A stretch of DNA of 64,000 nt from Alphaproteobacteria bacterium. GTDB lineage: Bacteria > Pseudomonadota > Alphaproteobacteria > UBA7887. Position 1 is the stretch's first letter, and each line of letters opens with the position of its first letter. Below, piece by piece: positions 57,389-64,000 of this stretch. Position numbers and translations under genes: made by a program. The notes below the pieces were generated by a model, which did not search any database, was not told where the DNA came from, and saw only the letters and a list, made by a program, of their open reading frames with translations. The stretch covers positions 4,224,001 to 4,288,000 of the forward strand of contig CBDCGL010000011.1 of the NCBI GenBank assembly GCA_965216755.1, read 5' to 3'.

Positions 57389-57538
57389 ATGGACTTCTTG
57401 AAAGAGCTTTGGCAGTTCATGCGTGTGCGCAAGAAGTTTTGGCTGATGCCAATTCTTTTGATGATGCTGCTTCTTGGCGGATTGGTGGTGCTGACTCAAG
57501 GCAGTGCCGTGGCGCCGTTCATCTACACAATCTTTTAG
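57389..57538 (+). CDS. DUF5989 / SxtK-like small membrane protein (49 aa)
   Basis: Below the ORF-track size cutoff. Manual translation: MDFLKELWQFMRVRKKFWLMPILLMMLLLGGLVVLTQGSAVAPFIYTIF. Confidence 0.9.
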   Translation: MDFLKELWQFMRVRKKFWLMPILLMMLLLGGLVVLTQGSAVAPFIYTIF

Positions 57539-57552
57539 TTTAGGCGGCTCCG

Positions 57553-59388
57553 ATGCGCATTTTGGGTCTTTCGGCCTTCTATCACGACAGTGCCGCGGCG
57601 CTGGTGGATGAAACTGGGATTGTCGCGGCGGCGCAGGAAGAGCGCTTTACCCGGGTCAAGCACGACTCGGGCTTTCCCAGCCATGCCATCGAATATTGTT
57701 TGAAAGAAGCGGGTATCGGCCTGGGCGATGTCGACTTCGTGGCATTCTACGATAAGCCGTTTTTGAAGTTCGAACGACTGCTTGAGACGTACCTGGCATT
57801 CGCGCCACGGGGCTTCAAATCGTTCCGCATGGCGATCCCGGTTTGGCTCAAGGAGAAGCTGTTTCAGAAGAAGCTGCTCAAGGACGAACTCAAGCAATAC
57901 GCGCCCGACTATGACTGGGAGAAGCGCCTGGTGTTCGCCGAGCATCACCAGAGCCATGCTGCCAGCGCGTTTTATGCCTCACCGTTTGAGTCTGCTGTCG
58001 TGTTGACAATGGATGGTGTTGGCGAATGGGCGACGACGTCGGTTGGCATGGGCTATGGCGGCGGTTTGGAGATGGCGAAGGAGATCCATTTCCCCCATTC
58101 CATCGGGCTACTCTATTCGGCGTTCACCTACTACACCGGCTTCAAGGTGAACTCGGGCGAGTACAAAGTCATGGGATTGGCTCCCTATGGCGAACCGAAA
58201 TACAAGCAGCTGATTCTGGATAATCTGGTTGACCTGAAAAAAGACGGCACATTCCGCCTGGACCTGGACTATTTCGACTACTGCACCGGCCTTCGCATGA
58301 CCAACGACAAGTTCGACGCGCTGTTTGGCGCGCCGGCGCGACAACCGGAACAGCGGCTGACCCAGCGCGAGATGGACCTGGCGGCGTCGATCCAAGCGGT
58401 GACCGAAGAGATCGTCCTGCGATTGACACGGTCTTTGGCGGACGAGACCGGCTCGAGGAACCTGTGTTTGGCCGGCGGTGTGGCACTGAACTGTGTTGCC
58501 AATGGCAAGGTGCTGCGTGACGGTAGGTTTGAGCATATGTGGATTCAACCGGCGGCCGGCGACGCGGGCGGCGCGTTGGGGGCGGCCTTGGCCGCGTATC
58601 ACCTGTACCAAGGAAAGCCACGGCACATCAACGGCGCCATGGACGCGATGAGCGGCAGTTATCTGGGGCCGGCCTTTGCCCAAGACGATATCGAGGGACG
58701 CTTAACCGCGGTCGGTGCCAAATTCGAAACGCTCAGCGACGATGATCTGGTCAATGCAGTGGCCGATGCTTTGGTCGACGAAAAGGCGGTCGGTTGGTTC
58801 CAAGGCCGCATGGAGTTTGGGCCGCGCGCCTTGGGTGGTCGTTCCATACTGGGCGATCCGCGTTCGCCGACAATGCAGAAAACGCTCAACCTGAAGGTCA
58901 AGTATCGCGAGAGCTTTCGACCCTTTGCGCCATCGGTGTTGGCCGGCGACGTGTCGTCTTGGTTCGAACTGGACAGTGAAAGCCCGTACATGCTGCAGGT
59001 CGCCGATGTTGCCAAGGAGCGGCGGCGCGAGATGACCAATGAGGAACATGCCTTGTTCGGGATCGAAAAGCTAAACGTTGCCCGGTCAGAAATTCCGGCC
59101 GTGACCCACGTCGACTATTCGGCCCGAATTCAGACTGTCCACGAAGAAACCAATCCGCGTTACCACGCCTTACTCGAGGCATTCAAGGCGCGCACCGGTT
59201 GCCCGATCTTGGTCAATACGTCGTTTAATGTTCGCGGCGAGCCGATCGTCTGCACGCCCGAAGATGCTTTCCGTTGCTTCATGGGCACGGAGATCGAACG
59301 TCTCGCGGTCGGCAATTGTCTGCTGAAAAAGGAAGATCAGGATCCTTCGTTGAAGCTCGACTATAAGGATGCGTTTGAGCTTGACTGA
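57553..59388 (+). CDS. O-carbamoyltransferase (NodU/CmcH/SxtI family)
   Basis: HDSAAAL, QEERF, EHHQSHAASAF, DGVGE, GEYKVMGLA, GGVALNC, EFGPRALG, LVNTSFN. Confidence 0.95.
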   Translation: MRILGLSAFYHDSAAALVDETGIVAAAQEERFTRVKHDSGFPSHAIEYCLKEAGIGLGDVDFVAFYDKPFLKFERLLETYLAFAPRGFKSFRMAIPVWLKEKLFQKKLLKDELKQYAPDYDWEKRLVFAEHHQSHAASAFYASPFESAVVLTMDGVGEWATTSVGMGYGGGLEMAKEIHFPHSIGLLYSAFTYYTGFKVNSGEYKVMGLAPYGEPKYKQLILDNLVDLKKDGTFRLDLDYFDYCTGLRMTNDKFDALFGAPARQPEQRLTQREMDLAASIQAVTEEIVLRLTRSLADETGSRNLCLAGGVALNCVANGKVLRDGRFEHMWIQPAAGDAGGALGAALAAYHLYQGKPRHINGAMDAMSGSYLGPAFAQDDIEGRLTAVGAKFETLSDDDLVNAVADALVDEKAVGWFQGRMEFGPRALGGRSILGDPRSPTMQKTLNLKVKYRESFRPFAPSVLAGDVSSWFELDSESPYMLQVADVAKERRREMTNEEHALFGIEKLNVARSEIPAVTHVDYSARIQTVHEETNPRYHALLEAFKARTGCPILVNTSFNVRGEPIVCTPEDAFRCFMGTEIERLAVGNCLLKKEDQDPSLKLDYKDAFELD

Positions 59389-59758
59389 CCGACCGAGAAT
59401 AGAGCCGCATCGCCACCGGCGGCGGATAGTACGGTCGCACCTGGCAAGCAACCGCGTGCACGCGATAAGGTTTGAGCAGTGGACGGAGATATCGGGCGCC
59501 AATGTCGGCCTTAAAGGTCGAACCGGCGTTGCCGTTGGCGTGCGCGAAAAATGGTTATGGGTCGCGGATTCGGCTGCTTCGCCCAAGTTACAACTGTGCT
59601 GGCGGAGTTTGGCGAACTACGGCCACAAAGTCGGAATACGGACAATATCTGGATTGGCCGGAAACGTTGCGATGCGAGGGAACTGACAAGTCTTCGTTTC
59701 GACGAGGGCGGAGTCCGGAGACAAGCCGAAACAGCGAGCTGAACAAAGGTACAGGCAG

Positions 59759-62700
59759 ATGACCGCGAATGTCTTCGACTGTGTGATTCTCGGTGATGAA
59801 TCACTGCTCATCGGGTGCGGTGATATCTTGCGTGAACGCGGCCATCGGATCCGCGCGATTATGTCGGCCAATCCGCAAATCGCCACCTGGGCAAAAAGCA
59901 ACGATATAACGTGCGTGTCGGATTTAGAGAGCTTGCGCGCTTCGATGGCCGAGGGCGCGATCGACTATTTGTTCAGCATCACCTATTTGTCGATTGTTCC
60001 GACGGATCTCTTGGCGGCGGCGCGGCATGGCGCGATCAATTTTCACGATGGGCGCTTGCCGGACTATGCGGGCCTCAATACACCGGTTTGGGCGCTGCTC
60101 AATGACGAGCGAGATTACGGCATCACCTGGCACTTGATGGCCGAAAAAGTCGACCAAGGCGATATTTTGATGCGTGTCCCGGTGGCGATCCAGGACCACG
60201 ATACGGCCCTGAGTCTCAACACCAAATGTTACGAAGCGGCGCTGCAATCATTTCCCGTTCTTCTGGATGCGCTGGAGAGCGAGAACGTTGCGCGCAGCCC
60301 GCAGAATCCGAGCGCGATTCGCTACTTCGGCAAATACAAAAAGCCGGATGCGGCCTGCGCCATACGCTGGGATCAAGATGCGGCTGCGATCACACGTTTG
60401 GTGCGCGCCCTGGAATTTGGCGCGTATCGCAATCCGGTGGGCGCGGCCAAACTGTTGCTTGGCGACACGGCAGTTATCGTCCACGAGGCCGACAACGTGG
60501 GGACAGCGGCACAACACGCGGCCGGCGAGGTTGTTGGGATCAGCGAAGAGACAATCACCGTGGCTGCCGGACAGGGCGCCGTTGCGCTGCGCCGTCTCAG
60601 CCAATTGTCAGGGGCCAGTTGCACGATATCCGACATTGTCGCACATCATGACCTCAAGGTCGGTGATCGACTGACAGTGATTGACGACGCCAGCGCCCAA
60701 AGCCTGGGCGCGCGGCAGAGCGATGTCGCCAAGCACGAGGACTACTGGGTCCGACGTTTGGCGAACCTGGATGGGGTCAGATTGCCCGGACATGGGGGGG
60801 GCGCATCCGCACCGACTCAGCCAAGCATGCACGCCGAGCCGTTTGTCGTGCCCTCTGATGCCCAATCCTTGCTGGGCGGCGACCCGCTCGCGTTTATGGT
60901 CGCCTTGGGTGCGTTCGTGGCACGAATGGATGGCAAGACAAGCTTCGACGTTGCATACCGCGATGGCGCCCTGCGGGCATTGGTCCCGGTCGATGATCCG
61001 ATTTTTTCACGCTTCGTGCCACTGCGGTTTGAGATTGATTTGGCAACGCCGTTCGCCGACCAACGTGCGCAGCTGTCTGCGGCCATCCAAGAACTGACCA
61101 AACGCAAGACATTTCTGATTGATGCGAAGGCGCGGCACCCGGCGGTGGCGCAGGCGACGGCTAACGGCGCGCCGGTTTTGCCGGTCCGAATTAACGTCGG
61201 TGGCATAACCGAGCCAGCCAACGCGGGCGGCCTAACGATCGCAATTGATGACGCCGCGACAGAATGTATCTGGCACTACGATTCCGCTGCCGTCAGTGCG
61301 TCCGCCGTGCACGCGGCCCAAACGCGCTTCGCCGCTTTCTTGGAAAATCTGTCGCGCATGTCGACCGCGTCGCTCGCTGATGTGCCGATGTTGAGCGCGG
61401 ACGAACAGCAGACCATGCTGCGCGACTGGAACGACACCGTGCGCGATTATCCGCGCGACCGTTGCGTCCATCAGCTGTTTGCGCAACGCGCGGCGCAAAC
61501 GCCCGACGCGGTTGCCTTGGTGTTCGAAAATCAATCGCTCACCTATGGCGCGCTCAACGCACGGGCCAACCGAGTCGCGCACCAATTGCGTGATATGGGC
61601 ATTGGGCCCGACAAACTGGTCGGCGTCGCGGTGGAGCGCTCGATCGATTTGATGGTTGCTGTTTTGGGTGTCTTGAAGGCGGGCGGCGCCTATGTGCCGA
61701 TCGATCCGTCGTATCCGCACGAACGCGTTCGGCTCATGCTCGAGGATTCGAATGTGCCGGTCCTGCTCACGCAACGACATTTGATGGTGGATCTGCCGGA
61801 TCATGCGGGCCGGGTTTTGTGCGTTGACGCGGACGGCGTGCAAGCTGACGCGGCCGGCGACCATGATCCGGACGTTGCCGTTCAACCCGACAATCTCGCC
61901 TACGTCATTTACACGTCTGGTTCCACGGGACGACCCAAAGGGGTCATGGTCGAACATCGCAACGTGGTCAATTTCTTTGCCGGCATGGACGACTGCATTG
62001 CACACGATCCGCCTGGCGTGTGGTTGGCGGTGACCAGCCTATCGTTCGATATTTCGGTGTTGGAGCTGTTTTGGACCCTGGCGCGCGGCTTCAAGATTGT
62101 CCTCCACGGCGATACGCCGCAGCGTAAAGTGGCCGCGGCGACAAGCGGCGCGGCACGAAAGCGACCGGTGAACTTCAGCTTGTTTTATTTTGCCAGCGAT
62201 CAGCAGGGCCAGGGTTCAGAGCGGTATCGATTGCTAATGGATGGCGCCAAGTTTGCCGATGAGCATGGCTTTGAAGCGGTCTGGACCCCGGAGCGCCATT
62301 TCCACGATTTCGGCGGCTTGTATCCGAATCCGTCGGTGGCCGGTGCAGCCATCGCCGCGATCACCAAGAACGTTGGCATTCGGTCAGGCAGTTGTGTTTT
62401 GCCCTTGCACCATCCGATTCGTGTCGCCGAAGAATGGAGCCTGGTCGACAATCTGTCCGACGGCCGCGTCGGAATCGGCATTGCATCTGGTTGGCAACCT
62501 AATGATTTTGTCTTGCGTCCGCAAAATCATGCCAAGGCCAAGGACATCATGTTCCATTCCTTGGAACAAGTGCAGAGGCTGTGGGCCGGCGAAAGCGTCA
62601 CGTTTCCGGGGCCGAAAGGTGATGTCGATGTCGCGATAATGCCAAAGCCGGTCCAAGATTCGTTGCCGGTTTGGATCACCACCGCCGGAAATCCCGAGAC

Positions 62701-64000
62701 CTATCGGCAGGCCGCACAGGCCAAGAGTTTCGTTTTGACGCATCTTCTTGGCCAAAGTCTCGATCAGGTCGCGGAAAAGATCGAGATCTATCGGCAAGCG
62801 TGGCGAGAAGCGGGGCACGAAGGCGAAGGCCACGTCACTTTGATGCTGCACACGTTCGTCGGCGACGATCCCAGCTTCGTCAAGGATATCGTCCGCGAAC
62901 CGATGAAACGCTATCTGTCGACCGCGATGAGCCTGGTCAAGGCCGCCGCGTGGAACTTTCCGACTTTGCAGAAGAAGTTCGTCGAGAAGTCCGGCGACGA
63001 GCTAGACGCCTATTTTGCCAACGCCTCCGAATCCGATCTGGATGCGCTGCTGGAGTTCGCGTTCGACCGCTATTACGAGCAGAGCGGCCTGTTCGGAACG
63101 CCGGAGCATTGTATCGAAATCGCCGAACGTGTTCGCGCGATCGGCGTCGACGAGGTTGCGTGTTTGATCGATTTCGGTGTGCCGACCGATATCGTTCTTG
63201 AACATCTCCCGCACCTTAACAAGGTTCGGCAGGCGATCGTGGCAGCCAATGATGATGGCGACACAGACGATCATTCGATCGCCGCCTTGATTGCGCGTCA
63301 CGGTGTCACGCACCTGCAATGCACGCCCTCGATGGCGAGTATGCTGTTGGCGGACACGGCGACCCGCGACGGGCTTCGCTCCGTCAAGCAGATGTTTGTC
63401 GGTGGCGAGGCCTTCCCGACACCGTTGGCCGAGGATTTGCGCGCGGCCGTCGGTGGCGACGTGACCAACATGTATGGCCCCACCGAAACAACGATTTGGT
63501 CATCGGTGCACAAGGTCGATGACACGTCCGCGGCAATCCCCATTGGGCGTCCGATTGCCAACACGCAGCTCTATGTATTGGATGAGTCCCAGCACCCGGT
63601 ACCAGTAGACGTGGTTGGTGAACTATATATCGGCGGCGACGGCGTCGTGCGCGGCTATAAGGACCGGCCGGACTTGACCGCCGAGCGCTTTGTCGACATC
63701 AGTGTCGTGCCGGGTGAGACGCCCCGTCGCTTGTATCGCACCGGTGATTTGGTGCGCTATCGCGAAGACGGCGTCATTGATTTCCTCGGTCGGGCGGATC
63801 ACCAGGTCAAGGTTCGCGGCTATCGAATCGAGTTGGGCGAAATCGAGTCGGTGCTGGGTCGTCATCCCGCAGTGCGATCGGCGGTCGTCGTCGCCCGAGA
63901 CGATGATGCCGGCGGACGTGGTTTGGTAGGTTATTATGTCCCGGACACGGGTTGGTCGCCAACCGTGCAAGAACTGCGCGATTTCACCGCGGCGCGATTG
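59759..64000 (+). CDS. NRPS-like protein: formyltransferase + adenylation domain interrupted by a luciferase-like monooxygenase (MupA/Atu3671 type); partial, runs off the window end
   Basis: Not in the ORF track because it is open at the edge. From ATG 59759, in one frame: INFHDG.LP.YAG (formyltransferase); YVIYTSGSTGRPKG (61901); SFDISV; FSLFYF (62174), WTPERHFH (LLM); THLQCTPS (~63310); NMYGPTETT; YRTGD; QVKVRGYRIELGEIE. Confidence 0.9.
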   Translation, partial: MTANVFDCVILGDESLLIGCGDILRERGHRIRAIMSANPQIATWAKSNDITCVSDLESLRASMAEGAIDYLFSITYLSIVPTDLLAAARHGAINFHDGRLPDYAGLNTPVWALLNDERDYGITWHLMAEKVDQGDILMRVPVAIQDHDTALSLNTKCYEAALQSFPVLLDALESENVARSPQNPSAIRYFGKYKKPDAACAIRWDQDAAAITRLVRALEFGAYRNPVGAAKLLLGDTAVIVHEADNVGTAAQHAAGEVVGISEETITVAAGQGAVALRRLSQLSGASCTISDIVAHHDLKVGDRLTVIDDASAQSLGARQSDVAKHEDYWVRRLANLDGVRLPGHGGGASAPTQPSMHAEPFVVPSDAQSLLGGDPLAFMVALGAFVARMDGKTSFDVAYRDGALRALVPVDDPIFSRFVPLRFEIDLATPFADQRAQLSAAIQELTKRKTFLIDAKARHPAVAQATANGAPVLPVRINVGGITEPANAGGLTIAIDDAATECIWHYDSAAVSASAVHAAQTRFAAFLENLSRMSTASLADVPMLSADEQQTMLRDWNDTVRDYPRDRCVHQLFAQRAAQTPDAVALVFENQSLTYGALNARANRVAHQLRDMGIGPDKLVGVAVERSIDLMVAVLGVLKAGGAYVPIDPSYPHERVRLMLEDSNVPVLLTQRHLMVDLPDHAGRVLCVDADGVQADAAGDHDPDVAVQPDNLAYVIYTSGSTGRPKGVMVEHRNVVNFFAGMDDCIAHDPPGVWLAVTSLSFDISVLELFWTLARGFKIVLHGDTPQRKVAAATSGAARKRPVNFSLFYFASDQQGQGSERYRLLMDGAKFADEHGFEAVWTPERHFHDFGGLYPNPSVAGAAIAAITKNVGIRSGSCVLPLHHPIRVAEEWSLVDNLSDGRVGIGIASGWQPNDFVLRPQNHAKAKDIMFHSLEQVQRLWAGESVTFPGPKGDVDVAIMPKPVQDSLPVWITTAGNPETYRQAAQAKSFVLTHLLGQSLDQVAEKIEIYRQAWREAGHEGEGHVTLMLHTFVGDDPSFVKDIVREPMKRYLSTAMSLVKAAAWNFPTLQKKFVEKSGDELDAYFANASESDLDALLEFAFDRYYEQSGLFGTPEHCIEIAERVRAIGVDEVACLIDFGVPTDIVLEHLPHLNKVRQAIVAANDDGDTDDHSIAALIARHGVTHLQCTPSMASMLLADTATRDGLRSVKQMFVGGEAFPTPLAEDLRAAVGGDVTNMYGPTETTIWSSVHKVDDTSAAIPIGRPIANTQLYVLDESQHPVPVDVVGELYIGGDGVVRGYKDRPDLTAERFVDISVVPGETPRRLYRTGDLVRYREDGVIDFLGRADHQVKVRGYRIELGEIESVLGRHPAVRSAVVVARDDDAGGRGLVGYYVPDTGWSPTVQELRDFTAARL

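Noticed and set aside
56941-59388. Saxitoxin biosynthesis cluster
   Set aside because: Only sxtI/J/K-like genes are present; no sxtA, sxtG or sxtB-like genes, and the context is polysaccharide synthesis.
59911-63970. Many short ORFs listed in the track over the last 4 kb
   Set aside because: All are off-frame or antisense to the single long NRPS frame starting at 59759.

Overview
GC-rich chromosomal window, most likely from an alphaproteobacterium (suhB/MmgR-type sRNA, FeuPQ-like two-component module, RT0821-type 17 kDa lipoproteins). I found no rRNA, tRNA, transposase, phage or true CRISPR array. Left to right: a quinoprotein-relay cluster (MotA/ExbB-like partial gene, Sel1 protein, SoxH-like metallohydrolase, fused SoxYZ-like carrier); a TetR-MMPL/RND-LolA-like operon; a 49-bp palindromic tandem array; a polysaccharide export block (Wzz/Wzc-N, an unusual HNH-nuclease/BY-kinase-like fusion, galE, GNAT, wza); an ankyrin-SPOR-Sel1 protein; a small RNA; the ligase/exonuclease/Lhr-helicase/PdeM DNA-repair cluster; 17 kDa lipoproteins with a PepSY-response regulator-kinase module; isoaspartyl peptidase; a SqrR/BigR-rhodanese-persulfide dioxygenase unit; a coupled penicillin-acylase/GH3/Vgb-like operon; and a ~26 kb polysaccharide synthesis and decoration locus (deacetylase, Wzx, 2 AsnB, 3 GT4, GDP-mannose dehydrogenase, heparinase, 2 SGNH, Wzy, SxtJ/SxtK/SxtI-like carbamoyl module). 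The window ends inside a formyltransferase-NRPS whose A domain is interrupted by a luciferase-like monooxygenase. The most unusual items are the HNH-pseudokinase fusion inside the export operon, the hairpin array just downstream of it, and the GH3/acylase pair. All family calls come from motifs read by eye; no searches were run.
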